Assembly (NCBI GenBank): GCA_009377585.1
Contig: WHTS01000009.1
Coordinates: 14,480-78,479, forward strand
Direction: 5' to 3'
DNA: 64,000 nt
DNA from: Betaproteobacteria bacterium
Lineage (GTDB): Bacteria; Pseudomonadota; Gammaproteobacteria; Burkholderiales; WYBJ01
Below, piece by piece: positions 18,975 to 28,161 of the stretch (position 1 is the stretch's first letter; each line of letters begins with the position of its first letter). The notes below the pieces were generated by a model. That model ran no database searches, was not told where the DNA came from, and saw nothing but the letters and a program-made list of their open reading frames with translations. The position numbers were made by a program, and so were the translations under genes.

Positions 18975-19709
18975 ATGGCAACCTCGTCCCCGGAGACTTT
19001 GCTCTCGAAAAAATCCATCGTCCCGCGCGATCGGCTGATCTTCCCGCTCGATGTTCCGACCAACGAAGAAGCCATGGCTCTCGTGGCCCGGCTTGGCGAC
19101 TCGGTCGCCTTCTACAAGGTCGGTCTCGAGTTGATCATCGGGGGCCGTTACCTGGAAGTCGTCGACTTTCTCGTACGCAGCAACAAGAAAGTCATGCTGG
19201 ATGGCAAGTTCTTCGATGTTCCGGAAACCGTCAAGGCAGCTGTGCGTCAGGCCAGCAAGCACGCCATAACGTTCGTTACGGTTCACGCCAACGACGCAAT
19301 GCTCGAGGCCGCCGTCGAGGTCAAAGGCGACATGCAAATACTGGCGGTGACCGTGCTTACGAGCCTGGACGACGGCGACTTGAAGGACCTCGGATTTCAG
19401 TGTGACGCTGTTACCTTGGTGCTGTCGCGAGCTCGCCGGGCATTGCAGATCGGATGTGACGGCGTGGTTTCGTCAGGATTGGAAGCCCCCGGTCTTCGCG
19501 ACCACTGCGGCGACAAGTTCGTCATCGTCACCCCCGGAATTCGTCCCGTCAAAAACGTCGATGATCAGAAGCGCACGGTCGATGTCGATGAAGCGTTTCG
19601 CAATGGCGCCGATTACATCGTCGTCGGCAGGCCGATTCGTAACGCTCCCGATCCCAAGGCGGCGGCCGAGAACGTGCAGAAGCGTATCGCCGCGCTGTTT
19701 CCCAGCTAG
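18975..19709 (+). CDS. pyrF: Orotidine 5'-phosphate decarboxylase
   Basis: 244 aa from the internal ATG. RLIFPLDV..., FYKVGLEL, LDGKFFDVPETV, VGRPI. Confidence 0.9.
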   Translation: MATSSPETLLSKKSIVPRDRLIFPLDVPTNEEAMALVARLGDSVAFYKVGLELIIGGRYLEVVDFLVRSNKKVMLDGKFFDVPETVKAAVRQASKHAITFVTVHANDAMLEAAVEVKGDMQILAVTVLTSLDDGDLKDLGFQCDAVTLVLSRARRALQIGCDGVVSSGLEAPGLRDHCGDKFVIVTPGIRPVKNVDDQKRTVDVDEAFRNGADYIVVGRPIRNAPDPKAAAENVQKRIAALFPS

Positions 19710-19725
19710 TACATCGCCCCATTCG

Positions 19726-20703
19726 CTATGGTCGCGCCCGGACATCCGGATTGACCATGTGGATCGGCTCGCCGTCGATATAGGCGAGCACCTGCTGAAA
19801 AATGTCGCGGAAGGCGACTTCCATTTCGTCGCGGGTGACGTAGCCGATATGCGGTGTGCATACCACGTTGTCCGTGGTAAGCAGCGGATGGCTCGGGTCG
19901 CGCACCGGCTCCTGGTCGAAGACATCCATGGCGGCCATCCCGGGCCGCCCCGAGCGCAGGGCTGACGCGAGCGCCCCGGGCCCGATGAGGCCGGCGCGGC
20001 TGGTATTGACGATGAGCGCGTCCGGTTTCATGCGCCGCAGGTCTTCTTCGGTGACGATGCCGCGGGTCGCATCGACCAGCCGCATGTGCAGCGAGACGAT
20101 GTCGCAGTGCTCGAAAAACTCCTCCTTGCTCGCGGCGACGTCCCAGCCTTCCTTGCTCGCCCGCTCGCGCGAAGCTTCTCGCGCCCAGACGAGCACCTTC
20201 ATGCCGAAGGCGCGCGCGTATCCGGCCACCGCGCCGCCGATGCGTCCCCAGCCGTAGATGCCGAGCGTCTTGCCACGCACCGTGCGCCCGACGCCGCATT
20301 GCCAGTTGCCCGCGCGCAGCGATGCCATCTGCTGCGGAATCTGGCGCATGGCAGCAAGGACGAGCGCCCAGGTCAGCTCCGCGGTCGCGTACGACGGCGT
20401 GCCCGCATGCATGTTCGAGCAAACCAGCACGCCGCGTTCGGTACACGCCTCGATATCGATATGCGGCCAGACGCTGCGCTGGCTGATGAGCCGCAGCCGC
20501 GGCAGCCGCTCGATGAGCGGCCGGCGGATCTGCGTGCGCTCGCGGATGAGCACCAGCACTTCGGTGTCTTGCAGCCGCTCAGCCAGCCGGTCGACCTCCT
20601 GCACGTGATCGTTCCAGATGGTCATCTGGTGGCCGTCGAGCATGCGATAGCAATCGAGGGTGCGCACCGTATCGTGATAGTCGTCGAGTATGGTGATGTT
20701 CAT
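19726..20703 (-). CDS. D-isomer-specific 2-hydroxyacid dehydrogenase family protein
   Basis: MNITILDDY..., NAD-binding [13 protein letters not shown], catalytic-region ...TPHIGYVT. Confidence 0.85.
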   Translation of the reverse strand: MNITILDDYHDTVRTLDCYRMLDGHQMTIWNDHVQEVDRLAERLQDTEVLVLIRERTQIRRPLIERLPRLRLISQRSVWPHIDIEACTERGVLVCSNMHAGTPSYATAELTWALVLAAMRQIPQQMASLRAGNWQCGVGRTVRGKTLGIYGWGRIGGAVAGYARAFGMKVLVWAREASRERASKEGWDVAASKEEFFEHCDIVSLHMRLVDATRGIVTEEDLRRMKPDALIVNTSRAGLIGPGALASALRSGRPGMAAMDVFDQEPVRDPSHPLLTTDNVVCTPHIGYVTRDEMEVAFRDIFQQVLAYIDGEPIHMVNPDVRARP

Positions 20704-20720
20704 GTCGTTCTCCATGTTCA

Positions 20721-21044
20721 GGCGTCGACCTCGACGCGCCATTCAGCAGCGGCAAACGGCTCGCCTCGCTGCCGGGTATCCCGACGATTGCCGAGACAAC
20801 CGGAAAGCCGATCGATATTTCGCTTTGGCTGGGCACCTTCGCGCCTGCCGCAACGCCTGCGGCGATCATCCAACGGCTCAACGCCGAGATTAACAAGGCG
20901 CTCGCGCTTCCGGCCACGCGGCAGCGGATGCAAGCAGTCGGTGCGGAAGCGGTGGGGGGCACGCCGCAAAAGCTGGCCGAACTGGTCGATTCCGAGATCG
21001 AGCGCTGGACCCGGACGATCAAGCCCATCATGCGCGCGAAATAA
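20721..21044 (+). pseudogene. Bug family receptor relic (C-terminal ~100 aa, no start codon)
   Basis: The manual translation gives ...GKRLASLPGIPTIAETTGKPIDISLWLGTFAPAATPAAIIQRLNAEINKALALPATRQRMQAVGAEAVGGTPQKLAELVDSEIERWTRTIKPIMRAK*. It is absent from the ORF track because it lacks a start. Confidence 0.7.
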
Positions 21045-21154
21045 CCGAGGCCGACCCACCTTCGGAAGTCGCAACTCCGCCAGGAGTAACCGTACCCGAC
21101 AAAGCCGGGGGTTCCTGCTCTTGGCCAAGCACTACCGGAACGTAATCCCCGGGC

Positions 21155-22630
21155 TCAATCGAAACGCGTATCGAGCCCGCTTTGCGCCATCTCGGCCGCG
21201 CGCAGCAGCGCCCGCGCCTTGTTCTCGGTCTCGGTCCATTCGCTTTCGGCGACCGAATCGGCGACGATGCCAGCGCCTGCCTGCACCAGCAGCCGCCCAT
21301 CCTTCACCAGCCCGGTGCGGATCGCGATCGCCACATCCATGTCGCCCGAGAAGCTCAAGTAGCCCACGGCGCCGGCATAGATGCCGCGTTTGCTCGGCTC
21401 CAGCTCGTCGATGATCTCCATCGCCCGCACCTTCGGCGCACCCGACACCGTCCCGGCGGGAAACGACGCCCGCAGCACGTCCATCGCGCTCATCCCGGGT
21501 CGCAGCTTCCCTTCGACGTTGGACACGATGTGCATGACGTGCGAATAGTGCTCGATGCCCATGTTCTCGGTCACGTGCACGGTGCCGAGCTGGGCGATGC
21601 GCCCCACGTCGTTGCGTCCCAGGTCCATCAGCATGACGTGCTCGGCGCGTTCCTTCGGATCCGCGAGCAGGTCGGCGGCGAGGCGTGCATCCTCTTCACG
21701 CGTGGCGCCGCGCGGGCGGGTGCCGGCGATCGGCCGTACCGTCACGGTGTCGCCTTCGAGCCGCACCAGGATCTCCGGCGAGGCGCCCACGATCTGGTAG
21801 CCGCCGAAGTCCAGGTAGAACATGTAGGGAGACGGATTGAGCGCGCGCAACGCCCGGTAGAGCGCGAGCGGCGAGGCGTCGAACGGCTGGCTCATGCGCT
21901 GCGAGAGCACCACCTGCATGATGTCGCCGTCGACGATGTAGCGCTTGGCCCGCTCCACCGCGGCGATGAATCCTGCGCGCGCGAATTCGCTGCTCGGATC
22001 GGCTGGCGGTCGAGGCCGCTCGGCGGGAATCGCAACGGGCTGGCGCAGCTTGTGCACCAGCTCGGCCAGCCGCGCGCGTCCGCGTTCGTAGGCATCGGGC
22101 TGCGCCGGATCGACGTAGACGATGAAATAAAGCTTGCCCTTGAGATTGTCGACCACCGCAACCTCGGTCGATGCGAGCAGCACGATGTCGGGCGTGTCCA
22201 CGCTGTCCGGCTTGCGGGTCTGGGCGAGCCTGCGCTCGAAGTAGCGCACGCAGTCGTAGCCGAAGCAACCGACCAGCCCGCCGCAGAACCGGGGCAGGGT
22301 TTCGGGCACGAACACATTGAAGCGATTGCGATAGGCGGCGACGAATTCGAGCGGATCGTCGAGCTCGCGGCGCTCGACGACTTCGCCGTCGCGGATCTCG
22401 ACGCATTCGCGCCCGCGCACTTCGATCCGGTTACCGGTCGGCAGGCCGATGAACGAATAGCGGCCGAAGCGCTCGCCCCCCTGCACCGATTCGAGCAGAT
22501 AGCTGTTCGGCGCGTTGGCGAGCTTGAGATAGACGGAAAGCGGCGTATCGAGATCGGCGAAGGTCTCGACGGTGAGTGGAATGCGGTTATAGCCCCGGGC
22601 GGCGAGCGCCCGGAATTCGGACTCGGTCAT
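21155..22630 (-). CDS. trpE: Anthranilate synthase component I
   Basis: 491 aa. [36 protein letters not shown]. Confidence 0.95.
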   Translation of the reverse strand: MTESEFRALAARGYNRIPLTVETFADLDTPLSVYLKLANAPNSYLLESVQGGERFGRYSFIGLPTGNRIEVRGRECVEIRDGEVVERRELDDPLEFVAAYRNRFNVFVPETLPRFCGGLVGCFGYDCVRYFERRLAQTRKPDSVDTPDIVLLASTEVAVVDNLKGKLYFIVYVDPAQPDAYERGRARLAELVHKLRQPVAIPAERPRPPADPSSEFARAGFIAAVERAKRYIVDGDIMQVVLSQRMSQPFDASPLALYRALRALNPSPYMFYLDFGGYQIVGASPEILVRLEGDTVTVRPIAGTRPRGATREEDARLAADLLADPKERAEHVMLMDLGRNDVGRIAQLGTVHVTENMGIEHYSHVMHIVSNVEGKLRPGMSAMDVLRASFPAGTVSGAPKVRAMEIIDELEPSKRGIYAGAVGYLSFSGDMDVAIAIRTGLVKDGRLLVQAGAGIVADSVAESEWTETENKARALLRAAEMAQSGLDTRFD

Positions 22631-22755
22631 GGCATCCTCGCGGAAAGTGTCGGTTCAAGCGCCCGGGCCGCAAGGCCGCGGGTGCGCACGGGCAACGTTC
22701 GAGCCATGGCACCATCGCCATCGCCTCGCGTCGCCTGCCGACACCGTCCCGAGAA

Positions 22756-23451
22756 TCATGAATGAAGCTTCCGTACGAGAGCCGCTGCTTCGATGAGAGA
22801 AGGCACTATAGCATCCACATCCAGGGAGCGTACATCGTGGCCTTCGTTATAGCCGTAGCTGACGCAAAACACCGGGCAGCCCGCGGCGCGCGCCGCCTGG
22901 GCGTCGTTGATCGAATCGCCGATCATCAGCATCTGCGCCGGTTGCACCTGCATGCGCGCGGCCGCGTGCGTGAGCGGCTGAGGATCGGGTTTCTTCTGCG
23001 GCAGCGTATCGCCGCACACGACCACCGGGAAATAACGCGCGAATCCGATGCGCTCGAGCAACGGCGCGGTGAAGCGAGATGACTTGTTGGTGATACAGGC
23101 CAGCGGCAGGCCCGCCCGGGTCAGCGCATCCAGTCCCTCGCGCACCCCCGGATAGATCGTGGTGGTATCGCCGTTCACGCGCTCGTAATTGGCCTCGTAC
23201 ACCGGCATGGCTTTCGCCACCAATGCCTGGTCGGGCTCGGCTTCGAGCGCTGCGCGCAAGGAGCGCTCGACCAGGTTGGAGATGCCTTTGCCGACGAAGG
23301 TGCGCACCAGTTCGAGCTCGAGCTTCGGCAACCGCAGTTCGCCCAGGGTGCGATTGACCGCGGCACAGAGATCCTCGATCGTATCGAGCATGGTGCCGTC
23401 CAGGTCGATGGCAACAGCCCGGACAGCGAGCGGAAATTCGACCGCGCTCAC
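22756..23451 (-). CDS. gph: Phosphoglycolate phosphatase (HAD superfamily)
   Basis: [33 protein letters not shown] start at 23451 overlaps the rpe stop (GTGA). Confidence 0.85.
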   Translation of the reverse strand: MSAVEFPLAVRAVAIDLDGTMLDTIEDLCAAVNRTLGELRLPKLELELVRTFVGKGISNLVERSLRAALEAEPDQALVAKAMPVYEANYERVNGDTTTIYPGVREGLDALTRAGLPLACITNKSSRFTAPLLERIGFARYFPVVVCGDTLPQKKPDPQPLTHAAARMQVQPAQMLMIGDSINDAQAARAAGCPVFCVSYGYNEGHDVRSLDVDAIVPSLIEAAALVRKLHS

Positions 23452-24146
23452 GGCCCGACGCTCGCGCTTGCGCTGGCGCACGCACGATCGAGCTCCGCGC
23501 GCATCGCGCTGATAGTGGCCGCGTAGTCGTCGGCGCCGAAGATCGCCGTGCCGGCGACGAAGGTGTCGGCGCCGGCGAGCCCGATCTCGCCGATATTGTC
23601 GACCTTCACGCCGCCGTCGACCTCCAGCCAGATGTCGCGCCCGCTACGCTCGATGCGCCGGCGCGCCTCGCGCAACTTGTCGAGCGCCTGAGGGATGAAC
23701 TGCTGGCCGCCGAAGCCGGGGTTGACCGACATGATGAGAATCAGATCCACCTTGTCCATGACGTGATCGAGATACACGAGCGGTGTCGCCGGGTTGAATA
23801 CCAGGCCCGCCTTGCAGCCGTGGCTGCGGATCAAGGCGAGCGTTCGGTCGATATGCTCGGAAGCTTCCGGATGGAAGGATATGACGTTGGCACCGGCGTG
23901 GGCGAAATCGGGGACGATACGATCCACCGGCTTCACCATCAGATGCACGTCGATCGGCGCCTCGACCAGCGGCCGAATGGCGGCGCACACGACCGGACCG
24001 ACCGTCAGATTGGGCACGTAGTGGTTGTCCATCACGTCGAAATGAATGATATCGGCGCCGGCCGCGACCACCCGTTCGACCTCGTCGCCCAGATGCGCGA
24101 AGTCGGCGGAGAGAATGCTCGGTGCGATTCGAAACGTTCGTGCCAT
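23448..24146 (-). CDS. rpe: Ribulose-phosphate 3-epimerase
   Basis: [20 protein letters not shown]...[14 protein letters not shown]...[10 protein letters not shown]. Confidence 0.95.
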   Translation of the reverse strand: MARTFRIAPSILSADFAHLGDEVERVVAAGADIIHFDVMDNHYVPNLTVGPVVCAAIRPLVEAPIDVHLMVKPVDRIVPDFAHAGANVISFHPEASEHIDRTLALIRSHGCKAGLVFNPATPLVYLDHVMDKVDLILIMSVNPGFGGQQFIPQALDKLREARRRIERSGRDIWLEVDGGVKVDNIGEIGLAGADTFVAGTAIFGADDYAATISAMRAELDRACASASASVGP

Positions 24147-24216
24147 GGCAGTCCTTGCGCCGAAGAGACTCGCCGCCAAAGACAATGGGGTCGTGCGAAT
24201 GATGGCCCGATTCTAA

Positions 24217-24416
24217 CCTAGCGTCCTGAGTCCAGGTTCGTCGCAGAAATCTCGAACGTCTGCCCTGAGGCCAAGCGGGCAAAAGTGTCGAAATCGGCGC
24301 CAGACGCGGAACGCGACACCACAGCCAGGTTGGACACCTGGCGAGGATTCGCGACAATGTATGGCGTCGATTCTCGGCATCTTTTGCGCGGCGAATTTCG
24401 GACTCAGGACGCTAGG
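24217..24416. repeat. Perfect 17-bp inverted repeat (CCTAGCGTCCTGAGTCC ... GGACTCAGGACGCTAGG) flanking 166 bp
   Basis: Read directly: arms at 24217-24233 and 24400-24416. It lies in the divergent rpe/apaG intergenic region. Confidence 0.7.
24330..24358 (+). promoter_or_regulatory. Candidate sigma70 promoter for apaG (TTGGAC-17 nt-GACAAT)
   Basis: Hexamer match and spacing only. No experimental support. Confidence 0.3.
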
Positions 24417-24530
24417 GTCGTCGTCGTTGCGGTTCGCCGTGCGGCGAGGCTCTTCGTCGGTGCTACGGACAGGCGCCCGGGACGGGCGGGATGGCTTGCC
24501 ATCGATTCCGATTTGGAGTGCAATACCTCG

Positions 24531-24914
24531 ATGAGTGAGCCCGGCAAGTACGACATTCGCGTGAACGCGCGCACGACCTATCTGGCGAATCAGTCCGACG
24601 AAGCGGCCGGGCGCTACGTGTTCGCATACACCATCACCATCACCAACGCAGGTACGGTTGCGGCGCAATTGGTCAGCCGCCATTGGATCATCACCGACGC
24701 AAACGAAAAGGTGCAGGAAGTGCGCGGGCTGGGCGTGGTGGGCAGCCAGCCGCTGCTCGAGCCGCACGAGAGCTTCGAGTACACGAGCGGAACGGCAATC
24801 GCAACCGGCGTGGGTACGATGCGCGGCAGCTACCAGATGATGGCGGCGGACGGACACAAGTTCGACGCCCCGATCCCGGAGTTCACGCTCAGCATCCCGC
24901 GGGTATTGCACTGA
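24531..24914 (+). CDS. apaG: ApaG (DUF525) protein
   Basis: 127 aa. YVFAYTITITNAG...QLVSRHWIITDANEKVQEVRGLGVVGSQP. Confidence 0.9.
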   Translation: MSEPGKYDIRVNARTTYLANQSDEAAGRYVFAYTITITNAGTVAAQLVSRHWIITDANEKVQEVRGLGVVGSQPLLEPHESFEYTSGTAIATGVGTMRGSYQMMAADGHKFDAPIPEFTLSIPRVLH

Positions 24915-24955
24915 CTTGCGCGACTGCGCTGGCGCGGCAACCCGGCGCGAGAGGC

Positions 24956-25558
24956 GTGAAGCTTTCGACTTCGTATCGCTGGATCGCCCCGTTCTACGAC
25001 GCAGTCGTGGCCGCACCGCTGGCGGCCGCCCGGCACGCAAGCCTCGCCAGTATTCCGGCCAGCGGGCGCTTGCAGATTCTCTTGAGCGGCGTGGGCACGG
25101 GGCTCGACCTGCGCCATGTACCGACCTGCCATCGCTATGTCGCAACCGATCTCGTGGCAGCGATGCTCATGCGCGCGCTGCCGCGAACGCAGGGTCTCGA
25201 CTGTGCGCTGGCCCGCGCAGACAGTACGCGCCTGCCTTTCGAAGCGGGAGCGTTCGACCTCGTCATCCTGCATCTGATCGTGGCGGTGGTCGGCGAGCCC
25301 GCATCGGTGCTGGCGGAGGCGGCGCGGGTCACGCGCCCCGGCGGCACGCTGCTCGTGCTCGACAAGTTTCTCGCCCCGTCGCGCCCGGCTCCGTTACGGC
25401 GACTGATGAGCCCGCTCGCCGGCCGGATCGCAACGCGGCTCGATGTCGTGTTCGAGGACGTGCTGGCGCGCGTGCCGGAATTGCACGTGGCCAGCGACCA
25501 ACCGGCGCTGGCGGGCGGCTGGTTTCGCCGCATCGTGCTGCGCAAGAACGCCGCCTGA
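24956..25558 (+). CDS. Class I SAM-dependent methyltransferase
   Basis: Motif I LLSGVGTGLDL and post-I/II FDLVILHLIV. A GTG start at 24956 is inferred; the start is uncertain. Confidence 0.75.
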   Translation: MKLSTSYRWIAPFYDAVVAAPLAAARHASLASIPASGRLQILLSGVGTGLDLRHVPTCHRYVATDLVAAMLMRALPRTQGLDCALARADSTRLPFEAGAFDLVILHLIVAVVGEPASVLAEAARVTRPGGTLLVLDKFLAPSRPAPLRRLMSPLAGRIATRLDVVFEDVLARVPELHVASDQPALAGGWFRRIVLRKNAA

Positions 25559-25571
25559 GCAATGTTCCGGG

Positions 25572-25730
25572 CTAGCGCTTGTCCTCGCTGTCCTTGCCGT
25601 GCCCGTCCTTGTCGTGCCCGAGCTGCGGCGGGGAATCTTCTTCGCGCCGCCGCGACGAACCCATGGTGAGCCAGACGATCAGCGCCAGCAGGCAGAGCGC
25701 AACGAAGGCTTCGAGGGCAATGACCCACAT
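25572..25730 (-). CDS. Hypothetical 52-aa single-pass membrane protein (MWVIALEAFVALCLLALIVWLTM + charged tail)
   Basis: ATG-started ORF below the track's size cut-off (it is the C-terminal part of track ORF 25572-26198). It has one clear hydrophobic helix followed by an RRREEDSPP...KDGHGKDSEDKR tail. No family was recognised. Confidence 0.35.
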   Translation of the reverse strand: MWVIALEAFVALCLLALIVWLTMGSSRRREEDSPPQLGHDKDGHGKDSEDKR

Positions 25731-27117
25731 GGTCGATGAGCGAGGACGGTTGTCGTTGGTGGAAGGCAAGCTCGGCGCAAGCGTGCGCCGCGCGAGCCGG
25801 CACTTTAGTCGATCCGCGCGCACAAGCCAATCGGGCTTGCGTTTGCTCGTACTGCTGTTCGCGCTGGTTGGCACCGCCTGCAGCATGCAGCCGCCCGCGA
25901 GCGAACCGGCGCCGAAACCCCCGGCCGGCGAACCGGGCGCGCCAAAAGCGCCGCCGGCTGCGAAGCGCCCGGTCACGGAACCGGGCGGCGAACCGGTCGC
26001 GCCGACGCCGCCGCCGCTCGCGCAACCGGCGGAGCCCGGTACGACGACGAAATCGTCCGCGTTCGCTGCTGCCGGATTCGACGATCTGCCCGGGTGGAAG
26101 CGTGACGACCATGCCTCGGCACTGGCCGCCTTCGTGCGCGGATGCGAAGCCTTGGCCACGCGCGAGGCTTGGCGTGCTGCGTGTATGGCGGCCCGCAAGG
26201 TGCCGCGTGCGAGTCCTGCGGCCGCCCGGCGCTATTTCGAAGCGCATTTTCTTCCGTACCGCGCGCTCAACGAACAAGGCGGCGATCGAGGGCTCATCAC
26301 CGGTTACTACGAGCCGCTGCTGCACGGCAGCCGCAAACCCTCCGCGCGGTATCGCTTTCCGCTGTATGGCGTACCCGACGATTTGCTCGTGGTCGACCTG
26401 TCCGAGCTGCACCCCGAGCTCAAGGGACGGCGCGTGCGCGGGCGCCTCGAAGGCCGGCGCGTGGTGCCCTACTACTCGCGCGCGCAGATCGAAAACGGGC
26501 AGGCGCCGTTCGACGCCGAGGTGCTCTACTGGGTGGACGATCCGATCGACCTGTTCTTCCTGCAAGTGCAAGGCTCCGGCCAGATCCGTCTGGATAGTGG
26601 CGAGCGGGTGCGGATCGGCTACGGCGACCAGAACGGGTATCCGTATCGCTCCATCGGCCGGTTCCTGATCGACCGTGGCGAGCTTGCGCCCGACAAGGCG
26701 TCGATGCAGGCGATCAAGGAGTGGGCACGAAAGAATCCCGACAAGCTGCCCGAGGTGCTGCAGCACAACGCGAGCTACGTCTTCTTTCGCGAGCTCGCGT
26801 CGGACTTGCCCGGGCCGCTCGGAGCGCTCGGCGTGCCGGTCAGCGCCGGCCGCTCGCTCGCCGTCGATCCACGCCATGTCCCGCTCGGCGCGCCGGTGTA
26901 TCTGGCGACGACCTGGCCGAATACGCAACGTCCGTTGCAGCGGCTGGTGATGGCGCAGGATGCGGGCAGCGCGATTCGCGGTCCGATTCGCGGCGATTAC
27001 TTCTGGGGCCATGGCGACCAGGCCGGCGTGCAGGCCGGACGCATGCGCCAAAGCGGCCGCATGTGGGTGCTGTTGCCGCTCGGCGTTTCGCCCGAGCGCC
27101 TACTGCCGAACTATTGA
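25729..27117 (+). CDS. mltA: Membrane-bound lytic murein transglycosylase A
   Basis: Lipoprotein-like LLVLLFALVGTAC, GYYEPLL, 3D-domain AQDAGSAIRGP.RGDYFWG. The start is uncertain (ATG at 25720 or 25729, or the downstream in-frame GTG codon of ...SVRRASRHF...). Confidence 0.85.
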   Translation: MVDERGRLSLVEGKLGASVRRASRHFSRSARTSQSGLRLLVLLFALVGTACSMQPPASEPAPKPPAGEPGAPKAPPAAKRPVTEPGGEPVAPTPPPLAQPAEPGTTTKSSAFAAAGFDDLPGWKRDDHASALAAFVRGCEALATREAWRAACMAARKVPRASPAAARRYFEAHFLPYRALNEQGGDRGLITGYYEPLLHGSRKPSARYRFPLYGVPDDLLVVDLSELHPELKGRRVRGRLEGRRVVPYYSRAQIENGQAPFDAEVLYWVDDPIDLFFLQVQGSGQIRLDSGERVRIGYGDQNGYPYRSIGRFLIDRGELAPDKASMQAIKEWARKNPDKLPEVLQHNASYVFFRELASDLPGPLGALGVPVSAGRSLAVDPRHVPLGAPVYLATTWPNTQRPLQRLVMAQDAGSAIRGPIRGDYFWGHGDQAGVQAGRMRQSGRMWVLLPLGVSPERLLPNY

Positions 27118-27122
27118 TCGTT

Positions 27123-27148
27123 CCGTATTGGACGACAGTCCAATACGG
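27123..27148 (+). terminator. 10-bp-stem hairpin 6 nt after the mltA stop (CCGTATTGGA-cgacag-TCCAATACGG)
   Basis: Read directly. No U-tract follows, so its terminator function is tentative. Confidence 0.45.
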
Positions 27149-27151
27149 ACA

Positions 27152-27199
27152 CGACGCTCCCCTCTCCCCCCGGGAGAGGGGTTGGGGGTGAGGGACGAG
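27152..27199. repeat. REP-like element copy 1 (CGACGCTCCCCTCTCCCcccGGGAGAGGGGTTGGGGGTGAGGGACGAG)
   Basis: 10-bp hairpin CCCCTCTCCC/GGGAGAGGGG. About 90% identical to the copy at 55073-55120. Confidence 0.7.
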
Positions 27200-27304
27200 C
27201 GTGACATGAAATTGGGAACGCTCGATAGCCGCCTGCGATCGGCCAACGTATATGCATCGTCCGGCAAGCTCACGGCGCCGCCTCCGATCGTTCAGCGTAT
27301 ATGA

Positions 27305-27500
27305 ACCGTCAGGGTGTCGGCGGCTGCGCCGATTCGCTTTGCGGTCGATCCCCACTGCGTGGGTCCACCTCCGAACCGCAGCGGCAGACGAACCGCCAAA
27401 CCGTCGGTGGCCGGCGTTGCTCGCTTTGCGGTCGATCCCCGCAAGCGGGGCCCCTCGCCCGGGAAGCTCGCAACGCCCCCCTCACCCGGGAAGCTCACTG
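27305..27500. repeat. Imperfect ~87-nt direct repeats plus a ~25-nt tandem pair
   Basis: Read directly. The ~87-nt repeats share TCGCTTTGCGGTCGATCCCC at 27334 and 27421, each followed by a short GC hairpin. The ~25-nt tandem pair (CCCGGGAAGCTC core) is at 27451-27500. Confidence 0.6.
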
Positions 27501-27503
27501 GCG

Positions 27504-28145
27504 CTACCCGGGACCGACGACGAAGCGTACGCGGCTGCGCACCGTGCGCCCATCCTTGATGGCCGGCGAAAACTTGAGCGCGCTGCACAGCTCGGTGGCT
27601 GCCGCCGTGAAAAGCCCGACCGGCTTGACCGCGAGCACGGTGGCCTGGTTGACGGTCCCCACCTCGTCGATCATGAGCTCGTAGGTCACTTCGCCGGTTG
27701 CGCCGTGCGGGTAGCAGGCGTCCGGCCGAGTCAAGGGCGCGGGCGGGCGATCGAGCGCGGTGATGGCATAGTAGGTCGAATCGGCGGCAAGCGGCGCTTG
27801 CGCACCGACTGCGGCGTTGCTGGCCCGGTCATTCCCGAGCGGCGCCGACGCGCTCGCCGTCACCAGCGGTTCGTGCGCGGGCGCCGTCTGCGACGCGGCG
27901 CGGAAGCTCGTGGCCGGGCTTTCGGCCACTGCCTGCATCGACGCCAAGGCGGACGCTGCCGGCTCCGGCTCGGCCGGCTCGATCCGCGCCTCGATCGGCA
28001 TCCCGGGTGCCATCGGGATGTCCGGTGGCCCGGCCCGAATCGCCAGGATCACCGCGGCATGCAATACGGCCGAGAGCGCCAGGGCAAACGCAAGGCGCCG
28101 GGCCGTATCGGCATCGAAGCTTGCATCCCACGCGATCCGCGCCAT
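27504..28145 (-). CDS. TonB-like energy-transducer protein (N-terminal anchor, Pro/Ala-rich linker, TonB_C-like end)
   Basis: LAFALALSAVLHAAVILAI anchor, PEPEP-rich spacer, C-terminal ...GEVTYELMIDEVGTVNQATVL...ALKFSPAIKDGRTVRSRV. Confidence 0.6.
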   Translation of the reverse strand: MARIAWDASFDADTARRLAFALALSAVLHAAVILAIRAGPPDIPMAPGMPIEARIEPAEPEPAASALASMQAVAESPATSFRAASQTAPAHEPLVTASASAPLGNDRASNAAVGAQAPLAADSTYYAITALDRPPAPLTRPDACYPHGATGEVTYELMIDEVGTVNQATVLAVKPVGLFTAAATELCSALKFSPAIKDGRTVRSRVRFVVGPG

Positions 28146-28161
28146 GAGGCTTGATGACCCG

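Noticed and set aside
25135-27051. 638-aa minus-strand ORF opposite mltA; similar cases at 33758-34846, 36206-37894, 37933-39258, 40900-42387, 57648-59420 and 62732-63913
   Set aside because: These are shadow ORFs opposite strongly conserved genes (mltA, corC, glyQ/glyS, lysA, the PilZ-like paralogue, Tim44). They have low-complexity Arg/Gly/Ala composition.
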